This document shows, in pieces, positions 11,296-21,894 of a stretch of 64,000 nucleotides of DNA. How positions within the stretch are numbered: position 1 is the first letter of the stretch; every line of letters starts with the position of its first letter. Where the stretch lies: positions 1-64,000 of the forward strand of contig JBBIRK010000003.1 of assembly GCA_037441845.1 (NCBI GenBank). The letters run 5' to 3'. The stretch comes from Candidatus Zixiibacteriota bacterium. GTDB lineage: Bacteria; Zixibacteria; MSB-5A5; UBA10806; 4484-95. The position numbers and the translations under genes were made by a program. Under the pieces are notes generated by a model. That model was not told the origin of the DNA, searched no databases, and saw only the letters and a program-made list of their open reading frames with translations.

Positions 11296-12045
11296 ATGAT
11301 TGAATACAAGTCGCCCAGGGAAATCGCCAAAATCAGGGCGGCTGGTGAAATATTAGTGAAGACTTTGGAATTGATCAGGGAAAATATCAGGCCGGGCGTT
11401 ACCACTGCCGAGCTCGATGCGATAGCGGATGAATTCATTCGCAAAAACGGAGCCAGACCGTCATTCAAAGGATATAACGGTTTCCCGGCGAGCATTTGCA
11501 CTTCGATAGACGAAGAGGTTGTGCACGGAATCCCGGGCAATAGACGTCTTGTGGAAGGTCAAGTGATAGGAATCGATATCGGTGTTTTCAAAGATGGCTA
11601 TCACAGCGATTCCGCCTGGACGTTTCCGGTGGGCAAAGTCTCTCCCGAAACGGAAAAGCATCTGCGGGTGGGACGGGAGTGCTTGATGTTGGCCATAGAG
11701 CAGGCAAGGGCCGGAAACCGTGTCGGCGATATCTCCCATGCAGTGCAATACCATGCCGAAAAAAACGGGTTCTCGGTGGTCCGGGACTTGGTAGGACATG
11801 GGATCGGACGTAACATGCACGAGGAGCCCCAGGTGCCTAATTACGGCATTCCCGGTGAGGGGATTGAATTGAAGGCCGGTTTGGTGATCGCGATCGAGCC
11901 CATGATCAACGAAGGCGGTTATCAGGTCAAGATGCTTAAAGACGGCTGGACGATAGTTACCGCCGATGGCAAGCGCTCGGTGCATTTCGAGCATACCGTG
12001 GCCATTGGCGCCGACGGACCGCTAATTTTGACTAAGTTGAATTAG
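11296..12045 (+). CDS. map: Methionine aminopeptidase type I
   Basis: VVHGIP, GHGIG..MHEEP, AIEPM, HFEHT. Confidence 0.99.
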   Translation: MIEYKSPREIAKIRAAGEILVKTLELIRENIRPGVTTAELDAIADEFIRKNGARPSFKGYNGFPASICTSIDEEVVHGIPGNRRLVEGQVIGIDIGVFKDGYHSDSAWTFPVGKVSPETEKHLRVGRECLMLAIEQARAGNRVGDISHAVQYHAEKNGFSVVRDLVGHGIGRNMHEEPQVPNYGIPGEGIELKAGLVIAIEPMINEGGYQVKMLKDGWTIVTADGKRSVHFEHTVAIGADGPLILTKLN

Positions 12046-12051
12046 GTTCGC

Positions 12052-12270
12052 ATGGCCAAAGAAGACGTAATTGAAGTTGAAGGCAGGGTGATCGAACCGT
12101 TGCCGAACGCCATGTTCAAAGTCGAGCTCGACAACGGGCATCAGGTATTGGCCCATATTTCCGGCAAGATGAGAATGCATTTCATCAAAATCCTTCCCGG
12201 GGATAAAGTAACGCTCGAACTTTCTCCTTATGACCTGAATCGGGGAAGAATCATTTACAGGCACAAGTGA
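12052..12270 (+). CDS. infA: Translation initiation factor IF-1
   Basis: [24 protein letters not shown]. Confidence 0.99.
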   Translation: MAKEDVIEVEGRVIEPLPNAMFKVELDNGHQVLAHISGKMRMHFIKILPGDKVTLELSPYDLNRGRIIYRHK

Positions 12271-12289
12271 TTTCGACAGAGGTGCACAC

Positions 12290-12403
12290 GTGAAAGTTAG
12301 ATCATCGGTTAAAGTCAGATGCGAAAAATGTAAAATCGTCAGGCGCCAAGGCGTCGTCAGAGTTATTTGCTCTAACCCCAAGCATAAGCAACGGCAGGGT
12401 TAA
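12290..12403 (+). CDS. rpmJ: 50S ribosomal protein L36 (37 aa, zinc-binding form; absent from the ORF track)
   Basis: Manual translation from GTG 12290: [45 protein letters not shown]. Confidence 0.98.
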   Translation: MKVRSSVKVRCEKCKIVRRQGVVRVICSNPKHKQRQG

Positions 12404-12416
12404 AAGGAGGTTTGGC

Positions 12417-12791
12417 TTGGCTCGTATTGCTGGCGTGGATTTGCCCCGCGAAAAACGTGTTGAAGCGGCATTGACCTATATTTTCGGAATCGGCCCATCG
12501 ACGGCCAAAAAGATCATCGCCGCAAGCAAAGTGAATCCCGACACGAGAGTGAATAAACTGACCGATGAACAGATCGCCAATCTTCGCAATGTCATCGAAC
12601 AGAATTATAAGGTCGAGGGTGCCTTGCGCAGTGAAATCAACATGAATATAAAAAGATTGATAGATATCGGAAGCTATAGAGGACTGCGTCATCGGCGGGG
12701 TTTGCCGGTGCGCGGCCAAAGAACCCGAACCAACGCCAGGACCCGCAAAGGTCCTCGCAAGACGATCGGGCGGAAAAAATCCGCTGAATAA
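12417..12791 (+). CDS. rpsM: 30S ribosomal protein S13 (TTG start)
   Basis: [28 protein letters not shown]. Confidence 0.99.
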   Translation: MARIAGVDLPREKRVEAALTYIFGIGPSTAKKIIAASKVNPDTRVNKLTDEQIANLRNVIEQNYKVEGALRSEINMNIKRLIDIGSYRGLRHRRGLPVRGQRTRTNARTRKGPRKTIGRKKSAE

Positions 12792-12795
12792 ATAA

Positions 12796-13197
12796 ATGGA
12801 GGATGGCTTGGCCGAAACCGTCAAAAAGAAAAAGAAAAAAATTCAAAGAGTCGAATCTACGGGTGTAGTGCATATTAAAGCAAGTTTCAATAATACCATC
12901 ATAACGATCAGCGATTCGAGCGGGGGCGTGGTGGCCTGGTCATCGGCCGGCAAAGTTGGTTTCAAGGGAGCCAAGAAATCCACTCCTTTCGCCGCTCAAG
13001 TGGCGGGTCAGGCTTGTGCCCGTGAGGCATTGGAGGCGGGCATGAAAAGAGTGGTGGTCTGGGTCAAGGGTCCCGGTTCCGGTCGAGAAGCCGCAATCAG
13101 ATCCATTCAGGCCGCCGGCCTCGAAATCGCCGCTATAAAAGATGTCACTCCGATTCCGCATAACGGATGCCGACCCCGCAAGAGGAGAAGAGTCTGA
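12796..13197 (+). CDS. rpsK: 30S ribosomal protein S11 (start may be TTG 12808)
   Basis: [27 protein letters not shown]. Confidence 0.98.
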   Translation: MEDGLAETVKKKKKKIQRVESTGVVHIKASFNNTIITISDSSGGVVAWSSAGKVGFKGAKKSTPFAAQVAGQACAREALEAGMKRVVVWVKGPGSGREAAIRSIQAAGLEIAAIKDVTPIPHNGCRPRKRRRV

Positions 13198-13826
13198 TGG
13201 CCAGATACACCGGTCCGGTCTGCAAGCTATGTCGGCGCGAGGGCATGAAACTATTCCTCAAGGGCGGCCGCTGCGTTACCGATAAATGCGCGATCGAGCG
13301 CACCGCTTACGCTCCCGGTCAGCATGGCCAAACCAGCCGTCGCAAAGGCTCCGAATACGGCCTGCAACTTCGCGAGAAACAAAAAACTCGCCGTATATAC
13401 GGGCTGATGGAAAAGCAATTCCATAACTATTTCGTGAAAGCATCGAAGAGAAAAGGTATCACCGGCGAAAACCTGCTCCAACTGCTCGAATGCCGTTTGG
13501 ACAATCTCGTTTATCGTTTCGGTTTCGCCCCTTCCCGGAAAGCGGCGCGTCAACTGATCCGCCACAATCATATAATGGTCGATAATAAAAAGATTAATAT
13601 ACCATCGTTCAATGTCCGGCCGGGTTCTGTAGTAAAGGTGGCCGAAGCGAGTCAAAATCTCGATATCATTCGCGACGCCCTCAAAGAGGCCGGCAAAGGT
13701 CAAGAACTCGATTGGCTGCGACTGGACAAGGTGAAGCTCGAAGGTCAGCTTTTGGAAATACCCAAGCGGACCCAGATCCCGACCCTCGTCCAGGAGCAGA
13801 TGATTGTGGAGCTTTATTCAAAATAA
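13197..13826 (+). CDS. rpsD: 30S ribosomal protein S4
   Basis: [42 protein letters not shown] coupling to rpsK. Confidence 0.99.
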   Translation: MARYTGPVCKLCRREGMKLFLKGGRCVTDKCAIERTAYAPGQHGQTSRRKGSEYGLQLREKQKTRRIYGLMEKQFHNYFVKASKRKGITGENLLQLLECRLDNLVYRFGFAPSRKAARQLIRHNHIMVDNKKINIPSFNVRPGSVVKVAEASQNLDIIRDALKEAGKGQELDWLRLDKVKLEGQLLEIPKRTQIPTLVQEQMIVELYSK

Positions 13827-13868
13827 ACCAGGCTATGCGCATTTTCCATGCGCGGAGGCTTTTAGAAA

Positions 13869-14858
13869 ATGAAGTGGAAAAGCATTCAAATGCCGAAGGA
13901 ATTGATCGCGGATCAAAGCATTACCGAGAAGAATTACGGCCGGTTCATTATCGAACCGCTCGAAAGGGGATTCGGCCATACGATCGGCAATGCCATGCGC
14001 CGCGTTCTCCTTTCATCGATACAGGGAGCCGCCTTCACCAGCCTAAGGATCGACGGCGTATTACACGAATTTTCGACGATTCCGGGCGTGTACGAGGATG
14101 TTACCGATATCGTCCTTAATATCAAACGTATCAATTTGAAACTGCTCGGCGATGAACCGAAGACCGTGACTCTCGATATCAAGAGCAAAGGAAAATATTC
14201 AGCCGCAAATCTCGAACACGACGCCGATCTCGAGATCATGAATCCCGAACAGCATATCGTCACCCTGACCGACGATGTGCGATTCCGACTCGAGTTGGAG
14301 GTTTCGACCGGCAGGGGGTTCGTGCCGGCCGAAATGAATAAAAAACCAGGACAGCCGATCGGCACGATCGCTCTCGATGCTCAGTTTTCGCCGATCACGA
14401 AAGTCAACTACGAAGTCGAAAACACACGCGTAGGTCAGCGAACTGATTTCGATAGATTGATTATGCACGTTTGGACCAATGGTGCGGTTACGCCGGAAGA
14501 ATCATTGGCTTTCGCCGCCAAGTTGCTCAGGGACCATCTCGATATTTTCGGCCATGCGGAGCAGGAAATGGAAATGGCCGAAGAGGAAAAAATCGATGAG
14601 GAAGTCCTGCGAATCCGCAATTTGCTTAAAATGCGGGTCGATGAGCTTGAGCTCTCGGTTCGTTCCTCCAATTGCCTTCGGGCGGCCAATATCGTCACGC
14701 TCGAAGACCTGGTCAATAAGACCGAAAGCGAAATGCTGCGCTATAGAAATTTCGGGCGCAAGTCCCTCAACGAGTTGAACAATATCCTTAGCGAACTTGG
14801 TCTGTCGTTCGGCATGGATGTCTCCAAATACAAAGAAGATAAGGTCTTGAAGGTATAA
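13869..14858 (+). CDS. rpoA: RNA polymerase subunit alpha
   Basis: EPLERGFGHTIGNAMRRVLLSS, LELSVRSSNCL, NFGRKSL. Confidence 0.99.
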   Translation: MKWKSIQMPKELIADQSITEKNYGRFIIEPLERGFGHTIGNAMRRVLLSSIQGAAFTSLRIDGVLHEFSTIPGVYEDVTDIVLNIKRINLKLLGDEPKTVTLDIKSKGKYSAANLEHDADLEIMNPEQHIVTLTDDVRFRLELEVSTGRGFVPAEMNKKPGQPIGTIALDAQFSPITKVNYEVENTRVGQRTDFDRLIMHVWTNGAVTPEESLAFAAKLLRDHLDIFGHAEQEMEMAEEEKIDEEVLRIRNLLKMRVDELELSVRSSNCLRAANIVTLEDLVNKTESEMLRYRNFGRKSLNELNNILSELGLSFGMDVSKYKEDKVLKV

Positions 14859-14859
14859 T

Positions 14860-15354
14860 ATGCGTCATGGCAGAAGAATAAGAAAACTCGGCGTCAAAAC
14901 CGATCATCGCAAGGCGATGCTGCGGAACATGGCCGTATCGCTTTTGTTGCACGGTCGTATCCAAACCACTTTGGCGCGGGCGAAAACGCTGGCGCCGTTT
15001 GTTGCCAGATTGATCGGTTACGCCAGGCGCGGAGACCTGCACGCCCGCAGACTCGCCGCCGCCCACATCCACGATAACGAAGTATTGAAAAAACTGTTCA
15101 GCGAAATAGCAAGCGAGCTTAAAGACAGAAAAGGTGGATTTACTCGTATCGTAAGAGACGGTTACCGAAGAGGCGATGGCGCCGAAATGGCGATCGTGGA
15201 ACTGCTGGTCACAAGAAAAGTCAAAGAAGAAAAGGCCGAAAAAGAAAAGAAAGCGGAGAAATCCGCCGACAAGAGTTCGGCCTCCAAGGCAGAAACATCT
15301 ACTTCCAAGACGAAAAAAGAAAAGAAAAAAACCAAGGAAAGCGCCAAAAAGTAA
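14860..15354 (+). CDS. rplQ: 50S ribosomal protein L17 with Lys/Glu/Ser-rich tail
   Basis: MRHG..KLG...HRKAMLRN, GGFTRI, RRGDGAEMA. Confidence 0.99.
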   Translation: MRHGRRIRKLGVKTDHRKAMLRNMAVSLLLHGRIQTTLARAKTLAPFVARLIGYARRGDLHARRLAAAHIHDNEVLKKLFSEIASELKDRKGGFTRIVRDGYRRGDGAEMAIVELLVTRKVKEEKAEKEKKAEKSADKSSASKAETSTSKTKKEKKKTKESAKK

Positions 15355-15495
15355 GTCACGGCCGCTTGCGCCTCGGCGGCATTGTCGTCTCGAATTTCGG
15401 GCATTGTTCATGCAATGCCCGTATTCATTTTCGGTTCAATACGCCGCGTATCATTTTGCTTTACTTTGTTCTGCTCGGCCTTTTAATTTCCTGAC

Positions 15496-16674
15496 GTGTC
15501 ACGGTTCGATCGAATTTGCCTGCTCGTGTTGGATTCCTGCGGCGTGGGAGAACTGCCCGACGCCGCAGCTTACCATGACGTCGGTTCCAATACAATCGGC
15601 AATATCGCGAAAAGCCTTGGGCGTTTGAGTCTTCCCAACCTCGGCGGTCTCGGCCTTGGAAATATCGTCGATATCCCGGGCATACCCCCGACTGGCCGGC
15701 CGAACGCTTATTATGGCAAAATGGCCGAGCGATCGGCGGGCAAGGATTCCACGATCGGCCATTGGGAATTGGCAGGAATTATAAGCGAATCGCCTTTTCC
15801 GGTTTATCCCGACGGATTCCCCGATGAAATCATGGCCGAATTCGAAGCCGCTATCGGGAGAAAGACGATCGGCAATATCGCCGCATCCGGCACTGAAATT
15901 ATCGCGCGGCTCGGCGATGAGCATAAGCGGACAGGCTGCCCTATCGTTTACACCTCCGCCGATTCCGTATTTCAAATCGCCGCTCATGTTGATATCATTC
16001 CGCTTGAGCAATTGTATCGATTTTGCCGTATAGCCAGAAATCTACTCACCGGAAGACACGCGGTCTCCCGGGTAATCGCCCGGCCGTTTGACGGAACTTC
16101 AGGCAATTATAAGCGCACCGCCGACCGCAAGGATTTCTCCCTGGAACCTCCACATGAAACGATGCTGGACAAATTGAGCGGATCGGGTCTCGACGTTTTG
16201 ACTATCGGCAAAGTCGATGACTTATTCGCCGGCAGGGGAGTTACGCGCGCCATTCACACCAAATCCAACGCCGAGGGGATTGAGGCGATTATAGAAAACT
16301 TCCCCGATGGAATCGAGCGGGGCCTGGTATTCGCAAATCTTGTCGATTTCGATATGCTTTGGGGGCATCGTAACGATGTGCAGGGATTCGCCGAGGGGCT
16401 GCGGCAATTCGATTCGCGCTTGCCCTATATTCTGGATCGGCTAAGCGAAAATGAATTGTTGATTATCTGCGCCGATCATGGCTGCGATCCGACAACTCCA
16501 TCGACCGACCATTCGCGGGAATATGTGCCGTTGATCGTCTATTCGCCAGCCCTGAGAAGTTTCGGCGATCTCGGGACGCGGGAAACTTTCGCGGACGTGG
16601 CGGCCACCATTTCGGAAAACTTCGCTTTGCCCAAGACCGAAAACGGGGAAAGTTTTTTGGGGACACTTCAATGA
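15496..16674 (+). CDS. deoB: Phosphopentomutase
   Basis: [48 protein letters not shown]. Confidence 0.97.
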   Translation: MSRFDRICLLVLDSCGVGELPDAAAYHDVGSNTIGNIAKSLGRLSLPNLGGLGLGNIVDIPGIPPTGRPNAYYGKMAERSAGKDSTIGHWELAGIISESPFPVYPDGFPDEIMAEFEAAIGRKTIGNIAASGTEIIARLGDEHKRTGCPIVYTSADSVFQIAAHVDIIPLEQLYRFCRIARNLLTGRHAVSRVIARPFDGTSGNYKRTADRKDFSLEPPHETMLDKLSGSGLDVLTIGKVDDLFAGRGVTRAIHTKSNAEGIEAIIENFPDGIERGLVFANLVDFDMLWGHRNDVQGFAEGLRQFDSRLPYILDRLSENELLIICADHGCDPTTPSTDHSREYVPLIVYSPALRSFGDLGTRETFADVAATISENFALPKTENGESFLGTLQ

Positions 16675-17072
16675 CCGAAAAAGAATTGATCGAAAAGGCA
16701 AGGCAAGCCAGCGCAGCCGCTTATGCGCCGTATTCGCGATTCAAGGTCGGCGCTGCTCTTCTGACCGAAAACGGACATGTTTTCACCGGCGTGAATGTCG
16801 AGAATTCGTCTTTCGGTCTCACTATCTGCGCGGAGAGAAACGCCTTGGCTGCTGCAGTCACTCAAGGAATAAGGAGATTTGCGATGATCGCCGTTTATTC
16901 CGAGGCTCGTCCTCCGGCGACTCCTTGTGGCGCCTGCCGCCAGGTGCTTCATGAATTCGCCCCCGACATGCCGATTATCTGCGCCAACGACAAAGGCGAT
17001 ATTTCCAGATTCACGGTCGCTCAGCTGCTGCCGCAGGGATTCGGATTCTTTCATGACGACGAAAAAGCCTGA
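16671..17072 (+). CDS. cdd: Cytidine deaminase
   Basis: [28 protein letters not shown] zinc motif. Confidence 0.97.
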   Translation: MTEKELIEKARQASAAAYAPYSRFKVGAALLTENGHVFTGVNVENSSFGLTICAERNALAAAVTQGIRRFAMIAVYSEARPPATPCGACRQVLHEFAPDMPIICANDKGDISRFTVAQLLPQGFGFFHDDEKA

Positions 17073-17114
17073 TTTAGACCTGTCACATTTCCGAATGGCC
17101 CGGAGTATCGCATT

Positions 17115-18413
17115 TTGAATCCGATCGAAATTATAATCCGTAAGCGCGATGGCTACCGGCTCAGCGGCGATCAAATCAAATTCATGGTGGAGCAATATAC
17201 CGCCGGAAATATCCCCGATTATCAAATGTCGGCTTTCCTGATGGCCGTATTTTGTCGCTCGATGGATGCCGAAGAGACGGCCGATCTCACCAGGGCGATG
17301 CTGGATTCCGGTGAGAAAATCAGTTTTCCGGCTTCTGATTTCAGATACGCCGACAAGCACTCGTCGGGCGGAATCGGCGATAAAGTATCGATTGTTCTGG
17401 CTCCTCTAATGGCTGCCTGCGGCTTGAAAGTGCCCATGCTGTCCGGACGAGGATTAGGCCACACCGGTGGCACTCTCGATAAGCTCGAATCGATACCCGG
17501 ATTCAGAACCGATCTATCGATCGTAGAATTTAAAAACGGTGTGGAAAAGGTGGGGTGCATAATCAGCGGGCAAACTCCGGAAATCGCGCCCGCAGACAGG
17601 AAAATCTACGCGCTAAGGGATGTCACCGGCACCGTCGAATCGATCCCCCTGATCTGCGGTTCGATTCTTTCCAAAAAACTGGCCGCAGGTCCAAACCTCA
17701 TCGTGTTCGATATAAAATGCGGCAACGGCGCGTTCATGCAATCGCTCAGCCGGGCTGCGGAATTGGGCGAAAGTTTGTGCCGTATATGCGAGGCCATGGG
17801 TAAGAAATCGGCTTTTTTGATATCCGATATGAACCAGCCCCTCGGGCGGGCGGCCGGCAATGCCCTCGAAATCGATGAATGCCTGCAATGTCTGCGTGGC
17901 GACGGCCCTTCCGACTTGATGCAGCTTACTTTAGCGCTGGGAGCTAAGATGCTGGCTTTGAGCGGCATAGTCTCAGACGGGGAAGCGATGGGCCTGATGA
18001 AATCAGCCCTTGATTCAGGAGCCGCCTATCAAAAATTTATGGAAATGGTCGAATTTCAGGGCGGATTGACGGAAATTTTGCGTAAGGCCGAACCGCTGAA
18101 GCCGGCTGAAAGAGTTCTGAATGTGCGCGCCGTCGCCGATGGTTTCATTGCGTCGATCGACACACGTCAAGTGGGAATATTGATAATCGAAATGGGAGGC
18201 GGGAGATCTAAATTGGGCGATAGAATCGATCATTCAGCAGGAATCGTGTTTCATAAAAAAATAGGCGATTATGTTGCCCGAGGCGAAATAATCGCTGAAA
18301 TTCATTCGTCAGCGAAAATTCCCGAAGACTATTTGACAACGCGTTTTCTATCGCTCATCAAATATTCTTCTGGTCCCTCCAAGACTCCGCCGCTGATACT
18401 TCGTGATTTTTGA
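17115..18413 (+). CDS. pdp: Pyrimidine-nucleoside/thymidine phosphorylase
   Basis: DKHSSGGIGDK, SGRGLGHTGGTLDKLESIPGF, YALRDVTGTV. Confidence 0.96.
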   Translation: MNPIEIIIRKRDGYRLSGDQIKFMVEQYTAGNIPDYQMSAFLMAVFCRSMDAEETADLTRAMLDSGEKISFPASDFRYADKHSSGGIGDKVSIVLAPLMAACGLKVPMLSGRGLGHTGGTLDKLESIPGFRTDLSIVEFKNGVEKVGCIISGQTPEIAPADRKIYALRDVTGTVESIPLICGSILSKKLAAGPNLIVFDIKCGNGAFMQSLSRAAELGESLCRICEAMGKKSAFLISDMNQPLGRAAGNALEIDECLQCLRGDGPSDLMQLTLALGAKMLALSGIVSDGEAMGLMKSALDSGAAYQKFMEMVEFQGGLTEILRKAEPLKPAERVLNVRAVADGFIASIDTRQVGILIIEMGGGRSKLGDRIDHSAGIVFHKKIGDYVARGEIIAEIHSSAKIPEDYLTTRFLSLIKYSSGPSKTPPLILRDF

Positions 18414-18430
18414 ACGCTCCCCTGAATGTG

Positions 18431-20566
18431 TTAAAATCTTTTTCTTGGGCTATCGTTTTCCAGCCTGAACCTTCCCTCCTTTTCCCGATCCGAGGAATTT
18501 CCGTAATGCCTTCCAGAGCATTGTTTCCGAGGTAAGGTTTCAGCGGTGAAAATATCGGTGGCGACCCGACTGCAACTGGGTGATGCCAGATCCCCGGATT
18601 CAAGACATACCGTAGCGGTGAAGATGCCATCCGGCATCGGGAAATCGTCGGGGGGAAAATCGGCACAGGCGGCTTTCATGAATTCCGTCCATATCGGCAG
18701 GGCGGTGGTCGCGCCGACCTCGCCTTTATAAATGCCGATCGTGGTTTTGTCATCGTAGCCGACCCACACCGCCGTGGTAAGATATGGCGTAAACCCTATA
18801 AACCAGTTGTCCGTGTGCTCGTTGGTGGTGCCGGTTTTGCCGGCGGCAGGGCGATCGAACCCCATCAGCCTCGCGGCATAGCCTGTCCCGCCGTCTATCA
18901 CCGATTTCATCATATCTGTCATTATATACGCCGTCTGGGAGGAGAGGACCTCCTCTTGGATCGCTTTCGACCGCTTTTCGTTGACGTTGCCGTAACGATC
19001 AGTAACACTTGTGATGTAATAAGGTTCTTTTCTTATGCCCCAATTCGGAAACACCGAATATGCGGCCACCATCTCCCAAATAGTGACTTCGGATGACCCG
19101 ATTGCAAGCGATGGAACCGGCAACAGCTTGGATTGGATGCCCATTCTATGAGCAAACGCCACAACCTGTTCAGGTGTGACCAATGGGTCCATCATCAGCT
19201 TGATAGCTATGAGGTTACGGGATTTTTTTAACCCATCACGCAAAGTCATTTCGCCCAGAAAAGAATCGTCGAAATTCGCCGGACGCCACTCCTGGCCGCC
19301 CGCTGTCAAGACCACCGGCGAATCCATGATTAGATCGGTAGGCTTGAATCCGTTATCGATAGCAACCGCGAACACGAAAGGTTTGAACGAACTTCCGGGT
19401 TGTCGACGAGCCTGAATCACCCGGTTGAATTCGCTCTGCTCGAAATTCCTGCCTCCGACCCAAGCCAACACCTGTCCGGTTCGGTTGTCCAAGCATAGCA
19501 ACGCTGCCTGCACCTGTTTATAGATTCTCTTCATCGTTCCCGGATGTTCGGGGTCTTCGATCAGTATCGTATATTGATCGTAGCGGGCGTCGCCCGGCTT
19601 AATCGCCTCTTCAACGTGACTTTGAATTTCGTCGAGCTTGCGTATGACTGCCTGCTCCGCATACTGCTGGTAACGCAAATCGAGCGTGGTATTGACCGTA
19701 AGGCCGGCATTGTATAAAGCTTCCTCTCCGTATTTGGCCGATAAATATTGGCGCACGGCCTCAGTGAAATAGGGCGCCCAGCCTTCGTCTTCCCCCCGCG
19801 AATGAATTTCAAGAGGCAATGCCTTCAGGCTGTCGGCCGCCCGACGACTGATCTTACCGTACTCCACCAAGCAGTCATAAACGATATTTCTTCGTGCCAA
19901 CGCTCGGTCGGGGTGGGCGATAGGGTTGTAACGATTGGGAGATTTCAACAAGCCGACCAGAACCGCACATTCGGGAAGCGTCAGCTTATCCGCGCTTTTC
20001 GAATAATATGTTTCTGCGGCAGCCTCGATACCGTATGCGCCCTTGCCGAAATAATGCTGATTCAGATACATCTCGATTATCTGCTGCTTGGAGTAGGTCT
20101 GCTCGATTTTTATGGCGGTCAACAATTCTTTCATCTTCCGCGAAAATATCTTTTCCGTGGTATAGAACAGCGAACGCGTCAATTGCTGGGTTAGGGTGGA
20201 AGCACCTTGAGCGGTCAGATCCAGATTCATGATATTGTGAACAAGAGCGATGAACAATCTTCGCGTATCGACCCCCCAGTGTTGATAAAATCTTCTGTCC
20301 TCTACGGCCAAAAGACAGTCTATCATATATGGTTGGATTTTTTCGTATGGCACGAGAACCCGTCTCTGGCGGTAAAATTCCTTTAGCAATTGCCCGTTGC
20401 GATCGAGCACTCTCGCCGATAAACTCGGTTGAATGTTGTGCAGTTGATCGAGTGAGGGGAGCTCATCCTGATAAGAAAGAATTAGTATTATTCCCACACC
20501 GGCCACGCAAATAAGCAATCCCAGACCGATCAATAGCGGCCATTTCATCGTTTTGCTAATCATCAC
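18431..20566 (-). CDS. mrcA: Class A penicillin-binding protein (PBP1A family)
   Basis: N-terminal TM; transglycosylase EDRRFYQH, GASTLTQQL; transpeptidase SSFK, SRN, KTG. Confidence 0.93.
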   Translation of the reverse strand: MMISKTMKWPLLIGLGLLICVAGVGIILILSYQDELPSLDQLHNIQPSLSARVLDRNGQLLKEFYRQRRVLVPYEKIQPYMIDCLLAVEDRRFYQHWGVDTRRLFIALVHNIMNLDLTAQGASTLTQQLTRSLFYTTEKIFSRKMKELLTAIKIEQTYSKQQIIEMYLNQHYFGKGAYGIEAAAETYYSKSADKLTLPECAVLVGLLKSPNRYNPIAHPDRALARRNIVYDCLVEYGKISRRAADSLKALPLEIHSRGEDEGWAPYFTEAVRQYLSAKYGEEALYNAGLTVNTTLDLRYQQYAEQAVIRKLDEIQSHVEEAIKPGDARYDQYTILIEDPEHPGTMKRIYKQVQAALLCLDNRTGQVLAWVGGRNFEQSEFNRVIQARRQPGSSFKPFVFAVAIDNGFKPTDLIMDSPVVLTAGGQEWRPANFDDSFLGEMTLRDGLKKSRNLIAIKLMMDPLVTPEQVVAFAHRMGIQSKLLPVPSLAIGSSEVTIWEMVAAYSVFPNWGIRKEPYYITSVTDRYGNVNEKRSKAIQEEVLSSQTAYIMTDMMKSVIDGGTGYAARLMGFDRPAAGKTGTTNEHTDNWFIGFTPYLTTAVWVGYDDKTTIGIYKGEVGATTALPIWTEFMKAACADFPPDDFPMPDGIFTATVCLESGDLASPSCSRVATDIFTAETLPRKQCSGRHYGNSSDREKEGRFRLENDSPRKRF

Positions 20567-20676
20567 CCAATCATTTACAGCGTTTCGTTTTTTCGGTCAA
20601 CCAATTTCGTATTAAAAACTTGCCAGGCTTTCGGCGAATATATTATATACACGACGAACTACGAAAGGTTCCTCTT

Positions 20677-21894
20677 ATGGATGATGCATTGCTTCAATAC
20701 GATGAAATCACGCTCGGCGCCTCGGAGATTATTCAGGCCGATGAATTGCGCGAGCTGCTGATAAAATCGGTTTCGACCGCCACCCCGCTTATAGTGAAGG
20801 AGGGGTTCGACCCGACCGCACCGGATATTCATCTCGGTCACATGGTTACGATTCGAAAATTGCGGACGTTCCAGAAATTCGGGCACCGAGTGGTATTTCT
20901 TATCGGCGATTATACGGGCCTTGTCGGTGATCCCTCGGGCAGAAACACATCGCGCAAGCGGATGTCCGAGGAGGAAGTAATCGCCAATGCCGAGACTTAT
21001 AAAAAGCAAATTTTCAAAGTGCTTGATCCCGAAAAAACCGAAATCTGCTTTAATTCGGCCTGGTTCAAAAAACTCGATTTCGCCGGAGTGCTTGAACTGA
21101 CCTCCCGTTACACCGTTGCCCGATTGCTCGAAAGAGATGATTTCGATAAACGGTTCAAGGCGGGCAATCCCATCTCCGTTATGGAATTTATCTATCCTTT
21201 AATGCAAGGATACGACTCGGTGGCCTTGAAAGCCGATATCGAAATCGGCGGAACGGATCAGAAATTCAATCTACTCGTGGGCAGATCGCTTCAAGAAAGA
21301 TACGGTCAGAAACCTCAGGTGGTGCTTACTTTTCCGCTTCTCATCGGCACCGATGGTAAAGAAAAAATGTCCAAATCGCTGGGCAACTACATCGGAATCA
21401 ATGAGTCTCCGGAACAGATTTACGGCAAGACCATGTCGATACCCGATCATTTGATTTACGACTATTTTCTGCTTGCCTCGAACGTCAGCCAAACCAGACT
21501 GGCCGAAATAAAACAAATGCTCGACGACGGTTCGGTGAACCCGATGGCGTTGAAAAAAGAATTGGCGTTCAATTTGGTGGAAATATATCATGACTCGGCT
21601 GCGGCGGAACGGGCCGCGCGTGATTTTGAACTGAAATTTTCGAAAAGAGACCTGCCGGAAGAGATCCCCACGCTCGAAATCAGTTCCCCGGAGAACGAAA
21701 TCTGGCTGCCCAAAGCTATCGTGATTTCCGGTGTGGCCGGTTCGACCAGCGCAGCCATCAGACTTATCGAGGGCGGCGGAGTGGAAATTAACGGCGCGCG
21801 CATCACCGACAAAAATCACCAAATCAACCTTGAAAACGATAATATTCTTAAAATCGGCAAAAGGAATTTTTTCCGACTGAAACGGATAAAGTAG
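20677..21894 (+). CDS. tyrS: Tyrosine--tRNA ligase
   Basis: GFDPTAPDIHLGH, GGTDQKFN, KMSKS, C-terminal S4-like domain. Confidence 0.97.
   Translation: MDDALLQYDEITLGASEIIQADELRELLIKSVSTATPLIVKEGFDPTAPDIHLGHMVTIRKLRTFQKFGHRVVFLIGDYTGLVGDPSGRNTSRKRMSEEEVIANAETYKKQIFKVLDPEKTEICFNSAWFKKLDFAGVLELTSRYTVARLLERDDFDKRFKAGNPISVMEFIYPLMQGYDSVALKADIEIGGTDQKFNLLVGRSLQERYGQKPQVVLTFPLLIGTDGKEKMSKSLGNYIGINESPEQIYGKTMSIPDHLIYDYFLLASNVSQTRLAEIKQMLDDGSVNPMALKKELAFNLVEIYHDSAAAERAARDFELKFSKRDLPEEIPTLEISSPENEIWLPKAIVISGVAGSTSAAIRLIEGGGVEINGARITDKNHQINLENDNILKIGKRNFFRLKRIK

Noticed and set aside
287..15411. Many antisense and alternative-frame ORFs across the ribosomal superoperon (and over dnaK, uvrC and others)
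   Set aside because: They fully overlap highly conserved genes and show no recognisable motifs; treated as shadow ORFs
20567..20676. T-box leader before tyrS
   Set aside because: The intergenic region is only about 110 nt, is shared with a divergent promoter and lacks a T-box motif
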